DNA of 64,000 nucleotides from Candidatus Omnitrophota bacterium (GTDB lineage: Bacteria; Omnitrophota; Omnitrophia; Omnitrophales; Aquincolibacteriaceae): assembly GCA_023247035.1 (NCBI GenBank), contig JAHFHG010000006.1, forward strand, positions 298 through 64,297, written 5' to 3'. The notes under the pieces are model-generated. The model was not told where the DNA came from. It made no database searches and saw only the letters and a program-made list of their open reading frames with translations. A program made the position numbers and the translations under genes. Within the stretch, counting starts at the first letter, position 1. Each line of letters starts with the position of its first letter. This document shows positions 17,325 through 26,579 of this stretch, piece after piece.

Positions 17325-19283
17325 GTGAAAGCCGCGCTTCCATTTCTTTCCATCCTCTATCTATCGCTCGTATTTTTCCCCGATCCGGCCGCGGTGAGCG
17401 CAGTTCCCTCGCTTTCGGATGAGGAACTTCTGGATAAAATCCAAAGGCAGAGCCTTGAATTTTTTACGGCGGAGAGAAATCTAAAAACGGGCCTGGTGCG
17501 CGACAGGGCGGATAATTTTAAAACCGGAAAGCCCGGCGCGGCAAGTATAGCCTCCGTAGGATTCGCGCTGACGGCCTTCGGGGTAGGCGTTTCAAGAAAC
17601 TGGCTCGACCGCGAGGCCGCCCGCGAAATGACCCGCAGGACTCTTGATTTCTTTCTGCGTTCCGCGCCGCAGGAACACGGTTTTTTTTATCATTTTTTGG
17701 ATATGGAGACAGGCAAACGGGCGCATCGCTCCGAGCTGTCTCCCATTGACACGGCCCTTTTTTTAGCGGGCGCGCTCTTTGCCGCAGAGTTCTACGGCGA
17801 TCCCCAGATCCGGGAGCTGGCCGAGAAAATTTATGAGCGGGTGGATTGGCCGTGGTTCTTGCACGGGGGTGAAACGCTGGCTCTTTCCTGGTCTCCGGAA
17901 GAAGGATTTAACAAACAAAGGTGGGATCATTATAACGAATCCATGATCCTCTACCTCCTGGCCGTCGGCTCGCCGGCTCATCCGATTCCGGCCTCAAGCT
18001 GGCGCGCCCAGCTAAGGCCCGTCGGAAGTTACGGGCCCTTCCGTTTGATACAGTTTCCGCCGCTTTTCGGCCACCAGTATTCCCATATTTGGATGGATTT
18101 CAGGGATAAAAATGACGGGTATGCGGATTATTTTAAAAATTCGCTTCAGGCCACCCTCGCCAACCGCAAGTTTTGTGTGGATCAGGCCTCCCGGTTTGAA
18201 AGTTACGGACCGAATTCCTGGGGACTGACAGCCTCCGACGGGCCTTTCGGATACCGCGCTTACGGCGCTCCGCCGGGCTGGGCCCAGCACGACGGAACGG
18301 TTGCTCCCACGGCCTGCGGGAGCTCGATCGTGTTTACGCCCAAAGAATCGCTGGCCTGCCTGCGCTACTTTTACGAAAATCTCGGCGGTAAACTGTGGGG
18401 GCGTTACGGATTTTCCGACGCGTTTAATCTCGACAGAAAATGGTTCGATACCGAGGTGATCGGGATCGATCAGGGCGCGCTTCTTTTGATGATCGAGAAC
18501 TACCGGACGGGCTTAATTTGGAAAACGATGAGCCGTAACGCCGCTTTAGAACGGGCCGCGAAGGCGGTGGGTTTTAAGCCGGGAACGATGGCCATCTCTT
18601 GGCCGGAGCCCCCTGAATATCGCGCCCCTTATGTTTTCGGCGGAATCCAAGTCGACGGCCTTTTTAAGGATTGGCCGAATGGCCCTTCGATTCACCTCGA
18701 CCGTTCCTCGCTGGAGTTGGGAAATGTTAAGGATGATCTTGATCTCAGCGGGGACATCCGGTTTGCCTGGGATGAAAAGGCCCTTTACTTTGCCGCGGCG
18801 GTGAAGGATGAGAGCCTCGTTATGAAAAAAACGGGCAAAAATATCTGGCTGGACGACTTAATCGAGATTTATATTGATGCGAAAGGCGACGGGCTTTATT
18901 GGTATGATAAAAAGGATTTTCAAATCGGCTTTCGCCCGCACATTGAAGACGGAGGGGCGGAGGTGTGGTCCTGGTTTCAAGGAGGGGAAGATCTTTTGCA
19001 AAGCGGCCAATCCGCCGCGCGAAGTTTTGTAGACACAAAAGGGTATTGGCTTGAGGGCGCGATTTTATGGAGTTATTTGGGAATTTCACCTCAAGCAGTC
19101 TCCGAGATCCGTGCGTCTGTGGCGATTCACGATTCGGACGGGGACCGGAGCGCTGCAAAACTTCACTGGTTTTTTCGAAACGAACAGGACTTTCAACGGT
19201 TCGCGCTGGGGAAAGTGATTCTGGAAGGAAAGGCAAAAGTGAAAAGACAAAAGGAAAAAGTGCAAGGGAAAAGTCAAAAATGA
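17325..19283 (+). CDS. Exported GH144-like (glycoamylase-domain) beta-1,2-glucanase with C-terminal CBM9/DOMON-like domain
   Basis: SPIDTALFLAG, WDHYNE, PLFGHQYSH, WGLTASDGP, WGRYGFSDAFN, GIDQG..LMIENYR. C-terminal VDG..KDW...WDEKALYF..W.DD.IEIY.D. Confidence 0.8.
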   Translation: MKAALPFLSILYLSLVFFPDPAAVSAVPSLSDEELLDKIQRQSLEFFTAERNLKTGLVRDRADNFKTGKPGAASIASVGFALTAFGVGVSRNWLDREAAREMTRRTLDFFLRSAPQEHGFFYHFLDMETGKRAHRSELSPIDTALFLAGALFAAEFYGDPQIRELAEKIYERVDWPWFLHGGETLALSWSPEEGFNKQRWDHYNESMILYLLAVGSPAHPIPASSWRAQLRPVGSYGPFRLIQFPPLFGHQYSHIWMDFRDKNDGYADYFKNSLQATLANRKFCVDQASRFESYGPNSWGLTASDGPFGYRAYGAPPGWAQHDGTVAPTACGSSIVFTPKESLACLRYFYENLGGKLWGRYGFSDAFNLDRKWFDTEVIGIDQGALLLMIENYRTGLIWKTMSRNAALERAAKAVGFKPGTMAISWPEPPEYRAPYVFGGIQVDGLFKDWPNGPSIHLDRSSLELGNVKDDLDLSGDIRFAWDEKALYFAAAVKDESLVMKKTGKNIWLDDLIEIYIDAKGDGLYWYDKKDFQIGFRPHIEDGGAEVWSWFQGGEDLLQSGQSAARSFVDTKGYWLEGAILWSYLGISPQAVSEIRASVAIHDSDGDRSAAKLHWFFRNEQDFQRFALGKVILEGKAKVKRQKEKVQGKSQK

Positions 19284-19360
19284 TAACTCATTGGATGAGG
19301 TCTCATTTTTCTTTTCCTTTTGACTTGTATTTTTACCTTTTTCGTTTTTACTTTTGACTT
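19230..19360 (+). repeat. AT-rich long imperfect palindrome (copy 2), overlapping the GH144 stop codon
   Basis: aaggcaaaagtgaaaagacaaaaggaaaaagtgcaag pairs with cttgtatttttacctttttcgtttttacttttgactt. Confidence 0.65.
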
Positions 19361-19366
19361 CATTTT

Positions 19367-20008
19367 ATGCCGCACAAAAAAGAAGAATCCTTTTATCAAA
19401 CCCTTGGAAATGAGATCCAAAAAAAGGCCGGCCGGGGCTTGGACGGCCAGAGGCTGGATCTTCCCGCGGTCATCCGCAAGTTACGCAAAGAAAAAAAATT
19501 TTCGGGCGTAGACTTTTGCCGGAAAGCGGGGGATTTGGACCCGAGGACTTTAACGGCTCTTGAGAAAGGCCGGATTCAAAATCCCTCCATCAAGACGCTT
19601 CAATCCGTTGCGCGCGGGCTTGGGATCACGGTCAGCGAGATCTTCCGTGAAGCGGAAACCGAAAAAGAAGAATACTTTTATGCAGGCTCCCAGAAGGGGG
19701 CGTACCAGATTGATTTTCCCAGGCACGGCATCAAGGCGATTTCTTTTACGCCTTTTACGAAGGACTTTTTTTGCGGCAAGATGATTTTCGGGCCTCATAA
19801 ACGCCTGGATCAAACCTTCTTCCAACACCGGTTCCCTTTATTCATTTGGGTTTTGGTCGGACGTTTTGAGATTACGGTCGAACAAAAGCATCTTGTGCTG
19901 CGGGAGGGGGATAATCTTTATTTTAATGGCATTTTAAAACATTTTTTTTATAATCCTCTTGAGCGGGAATCTGTATTTTTAATGATTACCGCTCCTACAT
20001 TCTTGTAA
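19367..20008 (+). CDS. XRE-family HTH regulator with C-terminal cupin
   Basis: IRKLRKEK...LTALEKGRIQNPSIKTLQSVARGLG, then LREGDNLYF...H.FYNP. Confidence 0.85.
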   Translation: MPHKKEESFYQTLGNEIQKKAGRGLDGQRLDLPAVIRKLRKEKKFSGVDFCRKAGDLDPRTLTALEKGRIQNPSIKTLQSVARGLGITVSEIFREAETEKEEYFYAGSQKGAYQIDFPRHGIKAISFTPFTKDFFCGKMIFGPHKRLDQTFFQHRFPLFIWVLVGRFEITVEQKHLVLREGDNLYFNGILKHFFYNPLERESVFLMITAPTFL

Positions 20009-20097
20009 CTGGTTTAAAATTAAGCCCTTAGGATTTGATGCCGATATTCAATGGATGCTCGAATAAAGAGTGCGGAACGCCTACCTTTCAAAAAGTG

Positions 20098-21801
20098 ATG
20101 AAAAATAAAAAAGCGGCGGCGGGGTTATTCCGGCCCTATGAATTATGGATCAGGCTGACGGCGGTTTCGATTTCCGCCGTTGTTCTTTTTTTGTTTCCGG
20201 CTTCCTTGCAATCGCAGCCTTCCCAGGACCGGCAAATCCACCCTTCCCTACAGGACCAAGTCAAAGTCATGCGCCTGGACCGTTACCAAAAAATGCCTTA
20301 TCTGGACAGGGACATTGTCCGTGCGGAAATCAATCCCGAAAAAATTAAAGAAAAATCGGAGTTTTTATCCGGCAAAGAAAAACACTTGCAAGACTTGATT
20401 TCCCGCGCGGTCAGGGTTTACACGCCCGCCCGCGCTGCGCGTGAGCGGATCTCGCTTGCGCGCCGCCGGATTATCGCGGCAATCCGGGATCTTTTTCCTG
20501 AAGCAAGTTTTGAATACCAGAAGAAGGGCGGCACCCTTTCCGCCAGCCGATTTAATTCGAGAAACTACAAGTTTAGTTTTCGCCAGCCTATTTTCAGAGG
20601 CGGGATTTTGTGGAATACTTTACTTCAGGAAAAGGCCGGACTTGAGGCGGCAGAGAAAGAGTACGACTCCGTGATTGAGGATCTCATGAGGGAGGTTTCG
20701 AATTCCTATTTTGAATACAACCGCGCCCTTCAGGTGGTCAATAATCAGAGCCAGGCGATTCAAAATATGCAGCATTTCATAGAAATCTCAAAACGTAAAT
20801 TTTCGGAAAATATTGTTTCAGAGATTGAGAATCTCAACGTTCAGTCCCTCTTCAGCCAAGTCCAGTACGATCACGAAACCTCCAAACAGGAGCTTGAGCT
20901 GGCCAAACTTGAACTGCAAAGATATCTGGATTTGGAAGTCGACGATCATATCGTCATTGCCTCGATTTACGAGCTTGACAGTTTGCTGAAGCTCCAGGAA
21001 AAAAGCAGCGCTTCAGGAGGAGACAAGAGCGGCGATCTTTTCCAGGAGGACCGCGTGGTCCCTCCGCTTGCCGATTTGATTGATGTGGCCTACTTGAACC
21101 GTTCCAAATTGCAGGTCGAGGCCGCAAAACTGGAATCGGCCAGGCTACAGGAAAGGGTCCGATGGGGAGCTTTCATGCCGAAGGTCGATGCCATTCTTGA
21201 TTTTGGGAAAACGGGAGAAGCCTTCGACAGTCAGAGCATGGAACCCGGACTTCGCAAAGAATTCCGATTTGGGCTTGAATTTACCTGGAATGTCGCAGGA
21301 AACAAGGTGGAATACACTTATGAGCACGACGAAAAGCCGCCTTCCATATCCCAGTTCCTGCAGGGCGACGGCTCCTCGAGCAGACGGAATTCCATCAACG
21401 TAGGAATCCTGGACGGACTGGACACCTTCGCTTCGGTTAAAGAGGCCGAGGTTTCCCGGCTTGAGCAAGTTGAGCAGCTTGAGAAGATAGAAAAAGAAGT
21501 GCTCCAAGAAGTCAAAGAGGCCTATTTTGATTACCAGAAAGCCCGTATCCGTTTGACCTCGACCCTTCAGCGCGTTTCCTACAGGCGGCGTTTGGAAGCG
21601 CTGGCGAAATACCGTCTGCAAAAAAATGAAATCCAGATCTCGGAATATTTGCAGTCCGGCATTGATCTTCTTCAGGAAGTAGCCACCCTTCATAAGGCCC
21701 TTGCGGAATATTTTACGGCCAAGGCCAAGCTGAATCACGCGATCGGCAAGCACAACTATTTTCCGATTGTGAGGCTGCAAGGGGTGACGTCGAATGGTTG
21801 A
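20098..21801 (+). CDS. TolC-family outer membrane efflux protein
   Basis: FRQPIFRGG, two helical repeats (EVSNSYFEY, EVKEAYFDY), AKAKLNHAIG end. Start uncertain (20035-20098). Confidence 0.85.
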   Translation: MKNKKAAAGLFRPYELWIRLTAVSISAVVLFLFPASLQSQPSQDRQIHPSLQDQVKVMRLDRYQKMPYLDRDIVRAEINPEKIKEKSEFLSGKEKHLQDLISRAVRVYTPARAARERISLARRRIIAAIRDLFPEASFEYQKKGGTLSASRFNSRNYKFSFRQPIFRGGILWNTLLQEKAGLEAAEKEYDSVIEDLMREVSNSYFEYNRALQVVNNQSQAIQNMQHFIEISKRKFSENIVSEIENLNVQSLFSQVQYDHETSKQELELAKLELQRYLDLEVDDHIVIASIYELDSLLKLQEKSSASGGDKSGDLFQEDRVVPPLADLIDVAYLNRSKLQVEAAKLESARLQERVRWGAFMPKVDAILDFGKTGEAFDSQSMEPGLRKEFRFGLEFTWNVAGNKVEYTYEHDEKPPSISQFLQGDGSSSRRNSINVGILDGLDTFASVKEAEVSRLEQVEQLEKIEKEVLQEVKEAYFDYQKARIRLTSTLQRVSYRRRLEALAKYRLQKNEIQISEYLQSGIDLLQEVATLHKALAEYFTAKAKLNHAIGKHNYFPIVRLQGVTSNG

Positions 21802-23320
21802 AGTCACGCCGCCGCAGGATCCGGGGAAAAAAAATCCCCTTCAGAAACTCAACGAACTTTTTAAAAAAATTCCTCAAAATTTCGGACAGATTTCCGGGCG
21901 CCTTAAAAAAAAGTTTTCCTTTTTAAGCCGGCTTCCGGAATTAAAAACGCCTGCTTCTCTGGCCTCGCTTCAGGACAAACTTCCCGCTCCTTTACGGCCC
22001 GTTTTTGAAAAACACCATAAAAAAATCAGCATTGCACTCGCCCTCCTCCTTCTTTTTGGATTCGGCTCGGCGATCAAAAACATGGTCGCGTGGAAAAAAC
22101 ACAAGGTTTCTTTAAAAGAAGCTGTTTCACAAAAGGCCGATGAAGAATCCGTGCCCGTGGCGGTCAAAGGCTTCAAAGTCGGGCGTTTTAATTTCGAGGA
22201 TTCCTTGAACGCGCTTGGAACGATCAAAGGGGCGGTGGAATTCAAGCTCAGTTTTGAGGTTCCCGGCACCATCAGTTCGATCAATTACCGGGAAGGTGAA
22301 AGGTACGAGGAAGGGGCGCTTCTGGTTTCGCTGCGCCAGGACGATGTTTTGCTCCGGCTGAAACGCGCCCAGGCGGAGCTCAATAAGTCCCAAACGCAGG
22401 TTCAGATTGTGGAAGTGAAGGTCCGGGAGCACGAAAAATTGCTGGCCATGGGCGCCATTCCCCAAACGACTCTGGATAATGTAAAATTAGAACTTGAATC
22501 TTCAAAATTCGAAGCCGAGGCAGCCCGTTTAGAGGTCAAGGCCAACGAGGCGATGCTTGAAAAATCAAACCTTTACGCCCCGTCTGCCGGAATGATCGGG
22601 CAGCTTAATATTGAGGAAGGGGAAACCGTCAGTCCCAATACCCTTCTCGGCACTCACATTATGACGGAATATGTTTACGCGGAATTCGGCATTGTCGAAA
22701 GGGACGTGAACAAAATTGCCCTGGGCCAGAAAGCCAGGGTTTTTGTGGACGCCTTCCCGGACAAAACGTTTGAAGGAGTCATTGAAAATGTTTCCCCTGT
22801 CGTGGCCGGAACAAGCCGGACCGCCACCGCCAAAGTGAGGATTGAAAATCCGGACCGCTTTCTTTTGCCCGGTATGTTTGCGCGCATCCGGATCCTTCTC
22901 TACAGTAAGAAAAATACTTTAGTGGTTCCGACTGATGCGATTCAAGGAGGAGAAGGCGAGCAGTTTATCTATGTGATCCACACAAGCAAGACGGCCGAGA
23001 AGCAGTCTAAAGAAGGAATCACGGAAGAAGGCAAACTCTTGACGCCCGGAACGCCGGAATTAGCGGGCCAAAAAAAGGGCGCGCAGGCAAAAGTTATTCC
23101 GCAAGGCAAAAAGGCGTCCTCAGGAACCGTTGAGCCGGCCGAGGCCCCCGCTCAGGATTACGTGGAGAAACGCGCCGTTACGGTCGGCTACAAACGCCCG
23201 GATTACTGCCAGATTGATGCGGGTATTTCAGAAGGGGAGGTGGTGGCTATCTCTGGATTTGAACGTCTTGAGGACGGCAAGAAGGTCCGTCTTCTTGAAA
23301 TCCAGGAAGCAGAGGTCTAG
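21794..23320 (+). CDS. RND efflux periplasmic adaptor (MFP)
   Basis: N-terminal TM, lipoyl halves (FEVPGTI, APSAGMI), coiled hairpin, LLPGMFARIRI, VVPTDAI. Confidence 0.9.
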   Translation: MVEVTPPQDPGKKNPLQKLNELFKKIPQNFGQISGRLKKKFSFLSRLPELKTPASLASLQDKLPAPLRPVFEKHHKKISIALALLLLFGFGSAIKNMVAWKKHKVSLKEAVSQKADEESVPVAVKGFKVGRFNFEDSLNALGTIKGAVEFKLSFEVPGTISSINYREGERYEEGALLVSLRQDDVLLRLKRAQAELNKSQTQVQIVEVKVREHEKLLAMGAIPQTTLDNVKLELESSKFEAEAARLEVKANEAMLEKSNLYAPSAGMIGQLNIEEGETVSPNTLLGTHIMTEYVYAEFGIVERDVNKIALGQKARVFVDAFPDKTFEGVIENVSPVVAGTSRTATAKVRIENPDRFLLPGMFARIRILLYSKKNTLVVPTDAIQGGEGEQFIYVIHTSKTAEKQSKEGITEEGKLLTPGTPELAGQKKGAQAKVIPQGKKASSGTVEPAEAPAQDYVEKRAVTVGYKRPDYCQIDAGISEGEVVAISGFERLEDGKKVRLLEIQEAEV

Positions 23321-23326
23321 AAGCCC

Positions 23327-26300
23327 ATGGCATTACCCGAACTGGTCGTCAAAAAAAAAGTTACGGTCATGATGCTCACACTCGGGTTAATGGGAATGGG
23401 GCTGATATCCTTTGTAAGGCTGCCCCAGGAACTTTTCCCTCCGATTGTATTTCCTCAAATTACCGTTATCACCGATTACGTCAACGCCGCTCCTGAAGAA
23501 GTCGAAACCCTTATTACCAAGCCCATTGAAGAAGCCGTGGGTTCCGCGTCGGGTTTGAAGCGTATCGAATCGGTCTCCCGCGAAGGGCGCAGCACGGTCA
23601 TCGTTTCCTTTAACTGGGGGCAGAACGTCGACTTCGCCGCTCTGGCGATCCGCGAAAAAATCGATCTGATCAAAGAACGTCTCCCCAAAGAAGCCTCGGA
23701 TCCCGTTGTTTTGAAATTCGATCCTTTGACGCGGCCGATTGTGATCCTTTCGGTCACCGGCCAAAATACTCAGCCTGTCCAGCTCAAGCTGTACGCGGAG
23801 AAATTGTTTAAAGACAATATTGAAAAGCTGGAGGGCGTCGCTTCTGCAACGATTTCAGGAGGGCTTGACCGGGAAATCCTGATTGACATTGATCAAGCCC
23901 GGCTTCAGGCCAATCATATTTCTACCCTGGAAGTGATTGACGCGGTCGAGAAAACCAATATCTCTTATCCCGCGGGAAGCATCAAAAAAGGGCTTTACGA
24001 ATACCTCATCCGGACGGTCGGCGAATACCGTTCCGTGAAGGAAATCGGATACTCCGTGATTGGCGTCGATGAGGTGAAAAAGGTCAGGCGCGAGGATACC
24101 AGTTTTCTTGAAAAGGGAAGCGAGGGGCCGAGAGAAACGATGGATTCGCTGCGCTCCGACGACAAACGCCGTCTTTTCGATAAAAGGCTTGTTTTGGTCC
24201 GGGACATTGCGGATGTCGTGGACGGTTTCTCGGAGCGGACCAGCATCTCCCGGCACAATCAGGAAGAAAATGTTTCGATCTCGATTCAAAAACAGGCCAG
24301 CGCCAATACCATTCAAGTCGTCGACAGGGTTTTGAAGACGCTTGATTTTTTAAAAGAGGACATCGAATCGCGAGGCCTGCGTTATGACGTTATTTATGAC
24401 CACTCCGTTTTTATCCGAAAATCCTTAAGCGATCTCGCAAACGACGCCGTAACGGGAGGTTTTCTCGCCTTTTTAGTGCTTTTATTTTCCCTCCGCGCGG
24501 GCGGGCCGGCCCTTTTGACGACGCTTTCCATTCCGATGACGATTATCGGGACTTTTTTTCTTATGGGCATGGGAGGGATTACGCTGAATACGATGTCCCT
24601 GGGCGGCCTTGCCCTCGGCGCGGGAATGATTGTGGATACCAGTATTGTGGTGCTCGAAAATATTTTCAGGCACCGCCAGCTCGGGGCCAATCCTTATGAA
24701 GGCGCGATCCGCGGCACGAGTGAATTGGTGTGGCCCGTGATTACTTCGAACGCTACAACCATCGCTGTTTTTTTTCCTTTGATTGTTTTTGTGCCGGGCA
24801 TTCCGGGGCAGCTTTTTAAGGACCTTTCCTGGGCCATCATTTATTCCCAGATCGTTTCTACGGTGATTCCGCTTAGCTTCATTCCCATGATGTCGGTTTA
24901 CTTAAAGGTCAAGCAAGGTTCTTACAGGCCTCTTGCATGGAATCAATTTTTAGTCAAACGCCTGGTCGGAAATATCCCGCGCTCCAAGAAGATCCGCTTT
25001 GCTTTGACGGTTCTTATCGCTGCCTTTGCGGTCTGCGCGAGTTCTTTTTTCATTTTTCCGGGATTGGAAAGAGAAGTCCTGCCCAAGGTGGATCAGGGGC
25101 AGTTTCTTTTGAAAATTGAGATGCCTCTTGGAACGCGCCTTGAAGTGACCGATAAGATTTGCAAAAGCTTCGAAGAAATTTTTAAAGCGACTCCGGAAAT
25201 CAAAGACGTATCCGTGACCATCGGCTCTGAAAAGGTCAGCAAGGGGCAGGTGAAGGTCGATACCCTGAGGCCTTCCCAGGCCCTTATTCTTGTCACCTTA
25301 AAGAAGGAACGCAAAAAGACCTCCTCCGATGTGGTCAGGTCCATCCGGGAGGGCGCAAAAGTCAAGGGGCTTGAGGGCGCACAGGTTGATTTTGTGCTCC
25401 AGGAAAGTGAATTCGCGTTTGCCGAAGGCGGGACGAAACCCGTCCTGATCGAAATGAAAGGTTATGACTTTGCGCAAATGGCTGAAATGTCGGCCCAGGT
25501 CAAACACCGGCTGGAAGGCATTAAAGGAGTGATCAATGTCCAGGATGATATGGGCATGACCGCGCCGGAGACCAAGCTTGAAATCGACAAACGCCGCTCG
25601 GCCCTTTACGGGATTTCCGCCCTCGACATTTCGCTGATTACCAAAGCCGCGCTGGACGGCGTCGTGGCGACGCAGTACCGGGAAGCGGGCCGTGAATATA
25701 ATATTCGCGTGCGCTTGAATGAAAAAGACAGGCGGAATATCGACAATTTGAATAATCTTCTTCTTTATTCCAAGGTCCTGGACGCCTTGATCCCGCTCAA
25801 GGAAGCGGTGGTCATCCAGCGCGGCGTCGGGCCTAGCGAGATCAAGCGCGTGGACCAGGAGCGTACCGTGATTATATCCGCGGAGATTGATAAAAACGTA
25901 AAAAGCAAAGACGTGCTCGCCCAAGTCCAGCAGATGCTGAAAAATCTCAACCTCGCGCCGGAATCGGGAATCCACATTGCCCTTTCCGGCAAGGCCCGGG
26001 AGATCAAAGAAAGTTTCTCAAAAGTGATCTTTGCTTTTATCCTCGCGCTGATGCTGGTCTATATGATTATGGCCGCCCAGTTTGAGTCTTTCCTCCAGCC
26101 CGTGATTATTATGATCACGGTCCCGCTTGCTTTTTTCGGCGTCCTGATCGCCCTCCTCATTTCCGGGACAACCGTAAACGTCATCTCGGCTCTGGGCGTG
26201 ATTATTCTGGTGGGCACCGTCGTCAATAACGGGATTATCCTCATTGAATACACCAACCAGCTGCGCGAAGAAGGGCTGGATGTCGAAGAGGCTGCCCTGG

Positions 26301-26572
26301 AGGCCGCCAAAGTCCGCACGCGTCCGATTCTGATGAGTATGATTACTTCCGTGATGGGGCTTGTGCCTCTTGCGCTTGCGCTGGGGGAAGGGGCCGAGCT
26401 TCGCGCCCCAATGGCGGTGACGATGATGGGGGGGCTTATTTCCTCGACCTTTTTAACGCTCATTGTACTGCCTTGTTTTTATATCGTGATTACGCGCCTG
26501 ACCCAGATTTTCTTCGGAGAGTCTGAGGAGGATTTGGGCAAAGGGCTCATTATCCAGCCTGGGGGGAAATAA
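23327..26572 (+). CDS. RND efflux permease 1 (AcrB/MdtB-like)
   Basis: APEEVETLITKPIEEA, GMIVDTSIVVLENI, RTRPILMS, PMAVTMMGGL. Confidence 0.93.
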   Translation: MALPELVVKKKVTVMMLTLGLMGMGLISFVRLPQELFPPIVFPQITVITDYVNAAPEEVETLITKPIEEAVGSASGLKRIESVSREGRSTVIVSFNWGQNVDFAALAIREKIDLIKERLPKEASDPVVLKFDPLTRPIVILSVTGQNTQPVQLKLYAEKLFKDNIEKLEGVASATISGGLDREILIDIDQARLQANHISTLEVIDAVEKTNISYPAGSIKKGLYEYLIRTVGEYRSVKEIGYSVIGVDEVKKVRREDTSFLEKGSEGPRETMDSLRSDDKRRLFDKRLVLVRDIADVVDGFSERTSISRHNQEENVSISIQKQASANTIQVVDRVLKTLDFLKEDIESRGLRYDVIYDHSVFIRKSLSDLANDAVTGGFLAFLVLLFSLRAGGPALLTTLSIPMTIIGTFFLMGMGGITLNTMSLGGLALGAGMIVDTSIVVLENIFRHRQLGANPYEGAIRGTSELVWPVITSNATTIAVFFPLIVFVPGIPGQLFKDLSWAIIYSQIVSTVIPLSFIPMMSVYLKVKQGSYRPLAWNQFLVKRLVGNIPRSKKIRFALTVLIAAFAVCASSFFIFPGLEREVLPKVDQGQFLLKIEMPLGTRLEVTDKICKSFEEIFKATPEIKDVSVTIGSEKVSKGQVKVDTLRPSQALILVTLKKERKKTSSDVVRSIREGAKVKGLEGAQVDFVLQESEFAFAEGGTKPVLIEMKGYDFAQMAEMSAQVKHRLEGIKGVINVQDDMGMTAPETKLEIDKRRSALYGISALDISLITKAALDGVVATQYREAGREYNIRVRLNEKDRRNIDNLNNLLLYSKVLDALIPLKEAVVIQRGVGPSEIKRVDQERTVIISAEIDKNVKSKDVLAQVQQMLKNLNLAPESGIHIALSGKAREIKESFSKVIFAFILALMLVYMIMAAQFESFLQPVIIMITVPLAFFGVLIALLISGTTVNVISALGVIILVGTVVNNGIILIEYTNQLREEGLDVEEAALEAAKVRTRPILMSMITSVMGLVPLALALGEGAELRAPMAVTMMGGLISSTFLTLIVLPCFYIVITRLTQIFFGESEEDLGKGLIIQPGGK

Positions 26573-26579
26573 TCCGAAT

